Source: Octopus bimaculoides (Eukaryota). Taken from it: 63,215 nt of DNA. The translations under genes were made by a program, and so were the position numbers. Shown here one piece after another: positions 51,780 through 63,215 of this stretch. The number at the start of each line of letters is the position of its first letter. The stretch's first letter is position 1. The notes under the pieces are model-generated. The model worked only from the letters and a program-made list of their open reading frames with translations. It was not told where the DNA came from and did not search any database. The DNA lies in the NCBI RefSeq assembly GCF_001194135.2, contig NC_068981.1:192245111-192308325 (forward strand), in the 5' to 3' direction.

Positions 51780-51960
51780 TTTCTTTTGTTGTTGTTTAAT
51801 CCCAGGCTGGTTGTGATCAAACAGACCTCTGATCAAAGCACGTTGGCCATGACCATCCACCCTTTCAATGTGTAGGACTACAATCTTCAATGTGTCCTTA
51901 TCTTTCTAAGATGCTAGGGTCTGATGTGAAGGAGATTTGGCTACTATTTCTTGCAGTTCG
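51780..51960 (-). repeat. Family F repeat
   Basis: gttgttgtttaatcccagg...ggagatttggctactatttcttgcag. Confidence 0.65.
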
Positions 51961-52269
51961 TGCAACCCCATAGAGATAGAGGCTTTTTCTTGGCTCATTG
52001 AATAGCATGTTGTGAGTCTATTTAATCTTATTTATGACAGGAAAAGTAGTTAGATCCAAAATACCGAGAAGACATGCAACTATTTGAAGATGTGGAGCTG
52101 TTGAAAAGTATGTTATCATGGAAGAATAGATAGGAAGCAAAAGAAAAAGAGAGATAGAATGTGAGGGGGAGGGAGAGAAAGAGAGGAAAAATAGTAAGAA
52201 GTAAAAGAGAGTGTGAGAACAAGCAACTATGTGCATGCATGTAGGTTTATAAAAATGTGCGTGTATTGT

Positions 52270-52740
52270 CATAGACATCATCAGCCATTACATTTGTCAT
52301 TGTCATCATTGTTTTCAACATCCTCCAGCACATTGTTATTGTCGTCGTCATCATCATCATCTTCATCATCAATCTTCATCATCGTCATCGTCGTCATCAT
52401 TATCGTCCTCCTCATCATCATCATCATCATCATCATTGTACTTATCACCATTATATGCATCATCATTGTACTCATCCTCTTCCTTATTATCATTGTTGTC
52501 ATTGGTAGCAACATTATCTTTCTGATCATCATCCCTTTAATCATCATCATCACTATGTTGTCATCATCATCATCATCCTCATTGTTGTCGTCCTCACCAT
52601 TATTATTATTGTTGTTGTTTTCATTGTTGTCCTTTTCATCATCATCATCCTTGCCATCATTGTTGTCATCATCATTGTTGTCAATCATCATCGCCATCAT
52701 CATCATCACCTTTGTCATCATCAACAGTCCTATTGTCATC
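52270..52740. repeat. Degenerate (CAT)n block
   Basis: Direct reading. Confidence 0.9.
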
Positions 52741-53139
52741 TTCATTATTCTCACTTCAAATGTCACTTGTTACAAATTTCTCATGACTTGTACAGGGACT
52801 GAAACCCACTTTAATCCCAATTGTCTTATTAATATATCATCTCCTCTTTGACACCCAATGTTTTATAGTTTTGACTTCACAATTCCAACTACTCACCCAC
52901 CCCAACATTTCCTCCATGTTTTTCCTTGTTATAAGTACTTCCTCTCTCAACACATATCTCCTTCCTCCATTCACATTACAAATCAGTAATTATCAGAGAG
53001 TAATTAATACAAATAGAATTGTGGAATAATGAGGTAGAAGAGTTAAAATAGAAAGTTTCCCAGGAAAATATAATATATAAAGTAGATGTAATGAAAAAAA
53101 TGTATCTAAGGTATACTGCATAGATGCAGATGTGGACGT

Positions 53140-53320
53140 TGGTTAAGACATTTGTCTCCATACTACATGGTTTCAAGTTCAGTCCCACTGTGTGACAGCT
53201 TGGGCAAGTTTCTTCTACAATAGCTCTGAGCCAACCAAAGCTTTGTGGGTGGATTTGGTAGAAAGAAACTGAAAGAAATCCTATCTGTGTGTGTGTGTGT
53301 GAGTGTATGTGTGTGTGTCC
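53140..53320 (+). mobile_element. SINE family B head
   Basis: ttcaagttcagtcccactgtgtg...gtggatttggtagaaagaaactgaaagaa. Confidence 0.8.
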
Positions 53321-53389
53321 ACAGCAGAAGTGACCTGTATTTTGCAGCAGAAGTGCTAAAACTGGTCCCTCTAGTGGTGAATAACGCTC

Positions 53390-53576
53390 GTTGTGGTGCC
53401 ATGTAAAAGCACCCATGTGGTACCACATAAAAGCACCCAGCACACTCGGGAAAGTGGTTGGCATTAGGAATGGCATCCAGCAGCAGAAACTATGTTAAAT
53501 CAAACTGGAGTCTGGTGCAGCTCCCCAGCTTTTGTCAAACCATCCAACCCATGCCAGCATGAACAACAGATATTAA

Positions 53577-53620
<44 letters not shown>

Positions 53621-53625
53621 AATGA
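53390..53625 (+). mobile_element. Family D element with long (GAT)n tail
   Basis: taaaagcacccagcacactc...ggcatccagc...cccatgccagcatg plus (GAT)n. Confidence 0.8.
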
Positions 53626-54499
53626 TGATGATGACAACAAGAATAAGAATGGAGAAACTCATATCTTTAATTGGAGATTTCATACATTACCAATGATCGT
53701 TTCTATTGTACCAGCATATTTAGATACAGAAAAAGGTATAAAATACCAGTCAAATTAATATATCCAAAAATATATGCTAACATAACATTATCAAAGCAAT
53801 CCAAACTTGGTTAACTTCAAAGTGAACTAAGAAAATATCTCTAATAGATGAACACGTACATAAAGAACATGAAGAAATATATATTCTAAGAAAAGCCAGT
53901 TTAGTATTTAACCTTTGATGATGTCAGTAGATAATGAAAGAATAAAAAATAAACATAGAAGTTCTATGCCACAACAATTAGAAACATAAAAATCTATATC
54001 ACAACAATTAATTATCTATCCATTAAATATGACAAAAAAGTTATAGAAATATTATTAATATTAGAAAGCAATAATAATATTGAAATATTGAAATGTTCTT
54101 CTGTTTTTGTGAGAACATTTCAATGTAGAATTGCCTTTACAATTCAATAATACTAATTTAGAAGTAATTATATAATACATTTCCTCAAGGCAAATATCGC
54201 ATTTAAAATTACCAGTAGTGTATGATAGATGTGCATACACACACATACATACACACATATACTGTATATAGCCAGTTATAGTATATAAATGGTCAGAATA
54301 TCACCATTGGGTTTTTCACCAACTAATCCACTTAGGAAATGTTGATGACTCTTCCAACAAGCTGGTTGGAAGTGCCTATTACTTATATTGAGTTGAGGTT
54401 TTTTGTTACAACTTATGGACAACTAACTCTATAAACATACATATGTGCACATGTTTTTGTGTGTGTGTGTGTGTGTGTGCATGTGCAGGTTTTTGTTTC

Positions 54500-54740
54500 C
54501 TTGTCAGGGTATCATGAAAATGATTATTACTGTCACACAAGCAGTGTCATTTATTTCCAGTATTCTATAAAAGCACGTTAGGCCATGAGAAAATATTACT
54601 TTACTTGAAACCAGGTAACTGTTGGTGACAAGAGCAGTATCCAGTTGTACAATATCTGCCTCAATAAACCTTGTCTGACCCATGCAAGAAATGATAAATT
54701 GGCTGTTACAATGATAATGATGATGCTGATGCTGCTGATG
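54500..54740 (+). mobile_element. Degenerate family E repeat
   Basis: aagcagtgtc...aaatattac...gcagtatccagttgtac...gacccatgcaag plus a gat tail. Confidence 0.55.
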
Positions 54741-55589
54741 ATGAGACTGATGATAATGATGATGACTGGAGGGAATGGTAAAAAACAGGAAGAATTAGTT
54801 AAAAGAAAAGACTTTTAAAGAAATTATCTCACCATAAGACAAAGAAAAGAATTAGTTATAAATAGATGAACTCACATTTGAAAGTTATTTTCCACAAATG
54901 GTAAAATACAAAATTGAATTTCTCCAAGACATTTATTTAGAATTAAATGGCATCGTGCATTTATGATTGTTTGTTCAAATACCATTCTCACTTTGCTTTA
55001 AGTTCACTGCTAAATATTTTTTTGTGTATGTGTGTGCTTCTTAAATATTGTCAACATATACATGCCATAAAGATAAACGCTATATTTAAATTTGATATTT
55101 TTTTTAAAGAAATTTTCTTGCAGTTATTAAATTTCAACTTTCTCTTGATTTTCCTCTGGGTTTGTATTCTTAAAAATGAACATGTTATCCATCACTACAG
55201 GGAAATATAACAATAATGTGTTGAAATGATAGAACATAAATCAATTTTATTCATTGATTTATTCTTCTTTCTTTTTCTTTTCAAAGTATTATACCATTTT
55301 AACTTTTTGTTGAATTAAAAACTAAAAGATTTGTCTTCTTTACATCTTTAGGAGATAAAGTTTACTGATGTCTCAATACAAATGAAAACGGAATGGAGGA
55401 GACATGTTATTTAAAATTCTATTAAAAAAATTTATCTGAGTTTTAACAGACAAATATATAAGTATTTATGCATTCTTGAAGATGTTAGCACTTACTTTTC
55501 TCTTGCAGAAAAATGGTTGGCAAAGAGATCAAACCAATCATAAATGTTATTTTTTTCTATTTATTTATCTTATGCACTTATGCACAAAG

Positions 55590-55730
55590 GTAGTGGATTG
55601 ACAGAATCATTAGAGCATCAGAAAATATACCTCATGGTAGTTCTTCCACCTCTTTACTTTCTGAGTTCAAATCCCACCAAGGTCAACTTTGCCTTTCATC
55701 CTTTCAGAGTCAATTAAATAAAATAACAGT
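55590..55730 (+). mobile_element. Degenerate SINE family C
   Basis: ctgagttcaaatcccaccaaggtcaactttgcctttcatcctttc. Confidence 0.7.
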
Positions 55731-56479
55731 CTCCTCTCTTCTAATTTGCTGCATCGGCCTTTGCCTTTCCCTTGGATAACATCGGCAGCATGGAAAGGGG
55801 TGGCTGGTATGCATAAACAACCTTGCCTGGACTTGAGCCTCGGAGTGGAACTCTCAAGATGCAATCCCATGGCCTTTCTTTCTTTACTTGACTGGTATGT
55901 ATTTTATCAATCTTAGAAAGGTGGCAAACTAAACTGACTTCAGTGGCAATTTGAAGTGAATACATAAAGGGTAATAATTACATACTTCTGACTTATAAAA
56001 TAACTGGAAACTAAATCAATCTATAATATTTCTAAAATTAAAATTTCAGTGTTTTGGGTATTTTTGAGCAAGTTTTAGCACCTATGAATAGAAGATGATG
56101 TAATGTGATGTTACACAGCATGCACCATCATATTTATTTCACAATTTAGGAGTAAAGAGTAAAGACTGAAGAGTGAAACTGGCAAAAATCAAGAAGAAAA
56201 TAGAGAAAAATGCTAAAGACCCACTAGATCAAATCTACCAACAATATTCTGCATTGACTATGTCTAAGGTTGTGGCATCATCATTGACCTGCAGTCTTAC
56301 TAAAGAGCAATGCAATGTGAGTGAAGTTTCTTGATTATATTGGGGGATAATATAAAACCTCTCTTCAAGTCATACTTGATTATGAGTGACAGCTGAGAGA
56401 GAGAGAGAGAGAGAGCAACAGAATGAAAGAGAGAGAGATAGCATGAGAGAGAAAGAAAAAGAGAAAGAAATTAGCAGTA

Positions 56480-57045
56480 GGAAGAGCATTGAGCTATAAA
56501 ACTCAGTTTTATAAACATCAACATCAATTTCTGGGAGTATATCTTCTACCATAATCCTAGAAGCATGCTTCCCAAGGTATATGGCTAGAAGCACCACTTC
56601 ATTTGTTTTTAAGGGTATTGTCGAGTGCAGCCTAGCAGTAGTTACCTCACAAACCTGCACCTCCACCATTCCAAACTTTCTTCCTCTGGCAAGGTAAGAA
56701 ATCCCCTGCCAGAGTGGTTTTAATACTTTTCAACTTGAGCAGTCAACATGATTTCAATTTTCCTTGTTGTTGCTGAGTACATCCTGTAAATAATAGTTTT
56801 TGTTTTCTTTTAAAACTTCTTTGTGGGTGGGGGGACACTTTTACATCATTCTCTTCCCTTCTAGATATTTCTTTGAATCTACTCAACTCCTCCAGATACA
56901 CTTCTTCACTTTTCTCTTTCAACACTTCTGCATAATTCTTCACCACCATTGCTTCGCCTATTCTCTTCAGACTTTTAAACAGCTCTTCCTCAGACGACAT
57001 AAAGTCTGAAAAAGAAGAACTCCAGCATTCGTATTCCATTACGAA
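56480..57045 (-). mobile_element. Frameshifted ORF remnant, probably retroelement ORF1-like
   Basis: Two long protein-like frames (SDFMSSEEELFK...VSPHPQRSFKRK; STIPLKTNEVVLLAIYLGKHASRIMVEDILPEI) with no splice logic; family not established. Confidence 0.4.
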
Positions 57046-58075
57046 GGCACGAACCTACGACATTCCCCCATCAAACAAGACGGAAGATGTCAAACAATAC
57101 CACTGCAAGACAGCAAAACATACGTATTCCACACAAAGACAGCAGTTCAACAGCAATTAACAAGAGGACAACTTTCTGCAATTTCTCATCTCTCACTGTC
57201 AGTCAAACACACTGCTACTTATATGAGTTCGGCTAGTCCATTCTCACAGGGGTGCCATGATTCTTACCATTACAAATTGTAATATTAGACATCTTATCAA
57301 TTTGGCTGTTTTAATCTTAAATACTAGAAAATCAGCTCATCAGAGCTTTTCTTAGCATCAAGTCACATGACCCAGTTGTTGGCCAAATTAGTTGATTTTA
57401 ACTGTCCAACCATGAGTTTGCAACAGAGTCAGTTCCCAATGTGGGAATAATCATTTTTGCCAGTGGAGTCTACCCATGGTTATAAAAACACAAGTTTCTC
57501 ATGCTCTTTGTCTTTGGACCAGCCACTATTGACCAGACACCAGCCAGTCTCACAGCTTTCTTCAAACAGTTGTCACCTATCTTCATCATTGCAGCAATAG
57601 AAGCAGACCACAGCCACATTATCAGACCCAACAGAACTGAAGTCATTTCAATATTTGTTCCAGACTGTAGTATCAACACCATTCCCTTTGGCAATCTTCT
57701 ATTATTATAACAAGAGGAATAAATCATAGCTTTTTTAACTTACTCAAACCTTGTTCGTCTTTCCATGCCATATCATTATAAATGGTGACCTATGAACACT
57801 CTTCCTGTTATAGATGTCTATGCTATATTTCAGGAGTTTTTACTCCTTCAATCAGCACCCATCTAACCTATCAAGCATCCACAAACTCATTACTTAAATA
57901 GCCACTACATTTAGCAGTGTGATATTATTGGATTTATCAAACACATTCCTGGAAGCTGGTACATGAATACTGATGACTTGTAGGCACACAGTATTTCATT
58001 ATGCAACCATAATATGTAACAAAGTACATTGAACGTTTTTGTAAGTCAATACCGCGTACTACTATGTTAGCAGTG

Positions 58076-58365
58076 CACATGTTAAGGTCATCTCTACAGA
58101 TTTTCTATAGAAATTTTAGCCAGCACAGATTTTGTTACAACATTTCATATCAGGGACATCAGATATAAACAAACAATGAGATCAAAGATGAAAAAATGGT
58201 TAATGGGTATAATATATGTCATATTTTGGGATGCCAATTACCCATTTTCTCATCTAAAATTGCATTGTTTGTTTACATCTGACGTCCCAGATACGAAACA
58301 TCATCACAAAATCAGTGCTGGCTATAATTTCTATAGAAAATCTGTAGAAATGACCTTAACCTGTG
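58076..58365. mobile_element. Long palindromic MITE (~130-bp arms)
   Basis: gttaaggtcatctctacagattttctatagaaatt.tagccagcac.gatttt pairs with aaaatcagtgctggctataatttctatagaaaatctgtagaaatgaccttaac. Confidence 0.8.
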
Positions 58366-59532
58366 AGTCAAAGAAATGTTTTTACATAGATCCTGCCATA
58401 GTCTACTTCTGTACTACAATGCTTCAAGTGAACTACAACACGCTTCTGTTATTAAATAATACATATATATATAAACAAAATTGCATTCTTTTCATTCATT
58501 CCAATAGTTTTTTGTTTTGTTTTGTTTTCTCACCTTGTTAAATATTTAAATCTTATTTTCATTAAATATTGATTTTAAGACTATATATAGTCTGAGAACC
58601 AACAATTTATATTTTATTTTATAAGGCGAATATGTGTTACATTGAATTGTTTCTTCTCTATTGAAGTCGTTGATTCAATGTCAAACAGATCAAAGTGAAA
58701 GTCAACAGCTTCTGACATTTGAGCCCAGAACTGACAAATACCAAACTAGATATTGTAAAATGTCTAATCTAGAACTTTGCTGTCTCATCAATAACTAAAT
58801 CAATGGCTAATAATTTAAGTTAATAGACCACTGACTTTAATTAAAGTTTGTAAATTCAAACCCTAACTATTTGCTTCAATTTACTTCAGTTACCCTGATC
58901 AAAACTAGATTCCCTCCCTCTACCGCCCACCTTTCTTTATTTCTGACTGGACTTCTACAAAAGAAAATTCAAATCTGAGGAAACCAAGTGTTACATTATT
59001 TATAAAAGCATTATTTACATACTAGTGGGACTCATGACTATTTCAAAGAATTAACAGTAAACTTATTGGGTTATTTCTGAAAACTTTATCCAAAAAAAAT
59101 GTAATCTGTGTTGTGTCTGCATTGAAAGATAGTCGTTCATCTGCTACTCATTGAAAAGTGAAAGAAATTGAAATACGATGATTACTTAATGCACTTTATA
59201 TATACACTTTATATACTTTATGCACAATTTTATAGACTTAATACACAACACTCATAAAATAAATATTCACTCTTATTTTGCCATTTTCTCCATAAACAAG
59301 AAAAAAATCACCATACACATGATACAAATTTTAGTTAAATTGCATATATCTACCACGTAAATAAGAGTGAATATTTCATGAAATTGCACTTACGTGCATG
59401 CATTAAGTGATAGGTGATATAAAAAACTTAGTTCAATTTTTTTTAAATATATACTTTTCACTCTCCACTCACCATTGCCACCTCCACCACCACCCTCTCC
59501 TCCATCACCACTACCACTGTCTCTCTTTCTCG

Positions 59533-59576
<44 letters not shown>

Positions 59577-59994
59577 CTTTAACCTCACCATCAGAACATC
59601 ACCCCTCTACTAAAATTATATTTCTAACTCTCTTTTCTATATCACTGCTTTCAACTAACGTTTTTAACCCCGTAATAAATATTATGTTCCCCCTACCTCA
59701 TGTCATTGACACTTCTCTCTCCCTCTTTTTCTCTCTCCATCTTTTTCTCTCTCCTTTTTTTTCTTTCTCCTTCTTTCTGTCTCACTCTTTACCTTATCCT
59801 CTTTTTCTCTCTCCTTTTTCTTTTTCCCTCTTGTTCTGTTTTTCTCTTCAACTAATCATGTGAAGAAATTACAATTATGTTCCCTCTTCCTCACATCATG
59901 GATGCTTCTTTCGCCTTCTTTTTCTCTCTCCCTCTTTTCTTTCTCCCTCTTTTTCTGTCACTCTTCGCCTCTCCCTTCAACTAATCATGTGAAA

Positions 59995-61445
59995 GCGTTA
60001 AGGATAGGCTAAGTAATAGAGTGACAAGCAGAATTCTTATAAGATGTATACCCGCCTTCAGTAGAGTACCCTGCTGTGGGAAGATAGGAGTAGATGAAAC
60101 TAAAGGTGAGAGTTAACCAAATTACAGTGAAGAATTTGGAGTACAGGTAGGCATTCATCAAGGCTCAGTCCTCAATACCCTTCTTTTCATCATTATCCTC
60201 CAGGCCATAACAGGGGAATTCAAGACTGGCAGCTCCTGAGAATCTTGCCCTCATAGCAGATTCTATATCAGAGGTAGAAAAGAAATTCCAGGTTTGGAAG
60301 CAAAACCTTGAATTCAAGGGAGGGCCTTAAGGTTAACTTAACAAAAACTAAGGTCTTAGTAAGCAAGAAAACAGACAGAACCCTAGGCAATTGGCCCAGC
60401 TTGATTTGTAGGAAAGGTATAGGAAGGAACTCCATATGGTACACTGTACCCAGTGTAAGCTATGAACACGCAAGAGGTGCAGTGGAATAATATAAAGGTT
60501 ATCAGAGAAGGTAGTGTTCATATGTGGAAGATGCACAAGATCCATAAAAACTATAGATACTCAGGAAATTGATTTTCTCAAATGTCCTGAAGGCTCTTTA
60601 AAGGTAGCAGATAATTTCTGCTAGCTAGACGAGCAAATTAGTAGTGGCAGAGGGTGTATGGAAAGAGGATGTATGGCAATCAAAGGTCTCTCCTTCCAAG
60701 TGAAGGGAAGATTGTATTGATGCATGTATATGAACAGCAATTTTACATGCTGGTGAGACATGGGTTCTGAATGCAAAGGATATGCAAAGGCTAGAGAGGA
60801 ATGAGGCTGGATGTAGGTGTACATGTGCAACAAAGTGCTAGTGTGCAGAGAGAAAAGTTAAGCATAAAAGGAATTAGATGCAGAGTGCAAGAAAGAACAC
60901 TGTACTGATTTGGTCATGTGATGCATATAGATGTAGATAGTTGCATATAGAAGTGCCAATCACTCAAAGTGGATAGAACTCATGAAAGACATGGGATGAA
61001 CTCATGAAGGACATGGGATGAACTCAAGAAAGACATGGGATGAGGTACTGAAGGACAACTTCAGGACACTGAACCTTACACAGGAGATGACAAAAGACCA
61101 AGACATCTGGCACCTTGCTGTACTCACGAAGACCCATCCTCCTAAGTGTTAATGTTGCTCCCCTTGATGAAGAGGATTGACCTGCAAGAGCCCTACACCA
61201 GTGCCACATGAACAGTGCTCATGCCAGCAGCACATGAAAGCACTCATGCCAGTACCACATTATAAGTACCCAGTACACTGTAAAGTGGTTGGCATTAGGA
61301 AGGGCATCCAGCCATAGAAACCAAGCCAAATCAGACTGGAACCTGGTGCAGCTCTCCTCCTTGCCAGCCCTGGTCAAAGCTTCCAACTCATGCCGGCATG
61401 AAAAACAGACATTAAAGGATGATGATGATGATGATGATGATACTT
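59995..61445 (+). mobile_element. 5'-truncated, decayed RTE LINE with 3' UTR and (GAT)n tail
   Basis: QVGIHQGSVLNTLLFIIILQAIT, REGLKVNLTKTKVL, ICRKGIGRNSI, ETW, DLA; the UTR ends in the family D tail. Confidence 0.88.
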
Positions 61446-61454
61446 ATCCAATAA

Positions 61455-61640
61455 TGAGAAAAATCATCATCATCATTTAATATCCATATTCATCACTGGT
61501 ATGGGTTGGATGGTTTGACAAGATCCTACAAGCTGGAGGACCATGTTGAGTGCCTAAGTTAGCTTTAGATTTTCTTCTTAACACCATCAACTTTACAGAG
61601 TATGCTACGTGATTTTTCCATGGCATTGACACTAATGAGG
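61455..61640 (-). mobile_element. Family D element, tail-to-tail with the preceding RTE
   Basis: catcatcatttaatatccat...gggttggatggtttgacaagatcc...tttacagagt. Confidence 0.6.
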
Positions 61641-62049
61641 TCAATTGTTTTGCCTAACAGAACATCTGGTTTAGCTCTACCAACTGGGTTTTGGGTGCCT
61701 TTTGCAGAGTTCACTCTGTTGGAAACATTCAGACCAAACTTCTGGTTCTTTCCTCCCAATGCAGCATATTCCCAACCTGCATTGTGATCAAGTTGCGAAT
61801 ATGCTGCATCAATCTCACCAAGCTCAGATGGCTTATACCGTTCCTAACTTGTTAAAAAAAAGGAACAAAATATATTTATAGAACCAAAGAAATAGGAGCT
61901 AAAGAAAATGTCAGACATAGCCACACATACATACACACATTTTTCTAAGATTATTTTAGAAAAAAGATTAAAAAAAAAAGAATTTGGGAAAAAGAAAGAC
62001 CACAGGGAAGAAACCACATATTGATGCGATTATGAAGTTACATGAATAT

Positions 62050-62120
<71 letters not shown>
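62050..62120. repeat. (GT)n microsatellite
   Basis: Direct reading. Confidence 0.95.
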
Positions 62121-62944
62121 GGGGAGGAGGAGGAGGAGGAAAAGGAAGAAAAGGTGTAAGAAGGAATACTAAAGATTTTGCCCAGATAAAATGTAAATAT
62201 AAGTAATTAATTAGCCACAGTAGGAGACTATTTTCAGTAGAGGTAAAGTGAATTACTTCTTGTTGAGATACATGAAGCTATAGAGGAAGATATCATTCTG
62301 CAAATAAAGACAGGAAATTAGAATTAAATACCTAATGTTGTGAAACACCTGTGTGTGTGTGTGTGTGTGTGCATGTGTGTGTGTGTGTGGTTGAGTATTT
62401 GCATGCACACACACATATAGAGGTGTTTTGTGATATTATATGCATATTTATATGTGTGTATATGTGTGTATGTATGTATACATATGTATGCATGTATGTA
62501 TGCATATATAAATATATATGTACATACACACATACACACTATTTTCATGTGGTAAATTAAGAGAGGTGTTAAAGCATCAACTAGAAAGTCTTGTAGTATT
62601 TGTTCCTGTACTTTTTGGTCTATGTTCAAATCCAACCAAAGCCGTTTTTTCCTTTCATCCTTTCAAGGTTGATAAACTGAAAATACCACCCAAGTACTGA
62701 AGTTGATCTTTTTTTTTTTCCTGTTTTTCTCTTTCTCCCTCTCTCTTTCAGAATCTATTATATTGTGCTATGAAAGGGTAGTGACAGAGCACAGTCTGTA
62801 AGGAAAAGAGAGAGGATCCTCCACTGTTACAATTTTAAAAAATCTCAAGGGAGCTTAGAGGAGCCACCCACACTCCAGCATTTGGCAGCTGTAGACAAGG
62901 AGGATTATTTGTTCTTTACTGCTCTAATAATGTTTAATCTTTTA

Positions 62945-63170
62945 TCTCTTATCCTTCTGTTTTTTACTTGTTTCATTCATTAGACTGTGGCCATGCTGGA
63001 GCACTGCCTTGATGCATGAATCAATCCCATTATTTTTTTTGTAAACCTGATACTTATTCTATCTATCTCTTTTGCCGAATCACTAAGTTATGAAGACATA
63101 AACACATCAACACCAGTTGTCAAGTGGTGGTGGAGGACAAACACAAACACAAACACACACACACAAATAT
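62945..63170 (-). mobile_element. SINE family B, 3' part
   Basis: ttttacttgtttcattcattagactgtggccatgctggagcac...cttttgccgaatcactaagtta. Confidence 0.8.
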
Positions 63171-63173
63171 GTG

Positions 63174-63215
<42 letters not shown>

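Noticed and set aside
52213-52851. 212-aa ORF, the longest in the track
   Set aside because: Derived from degenerate (CAT)n; no complex domain.
58255-58300. ctgacgtcc...cgaaac hammerhead-like string in the palindrome
   Set aside because: The core reads CUGACGU, not CUGANGA, and no stem I is present.

Overview
AT-rich (roughly one third GC), microsatellite-saturated animal genomic DNA with several N gaps. The repeat content (tRNA-headed SINE families, RTE LINEs with (GAT)n tails, mariner, RLE-type LINEs) resembles an octopus/coleoid cephalopod draft assembly; this is inferred from recalled repeat sequences, not from a search. No intact protein-coding gene, rRNA, true tRNA or CRISPR array can be supported, and nearly all listed ORFs are microsatellite translations or decayed transposon fragments. 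The window reads as intronic or intergenic DNA with a few unverified exon-like islands. The most interesting signals are: (1) hammerhead-ribozyme folds of the Penelope-like-element type, one with an intact core and long stem II inside a 300-bp palindrome (4832-5130), and two minimal copies sharing a CUGUUGA core variant around a Penelope RT fragment (50098-50925); (2) a mariner derivative made of two inverted 5' ends, nested in a SINE; (3) inverted RTE fragments able to form long dsRNA; (4) an exon-like segment with one in-frame TGA; (5) a pre-miRNA-like hairpin. Repeat boundaries are approximate (tens of bp) unless a TIR, TSD or splice site is quoted.
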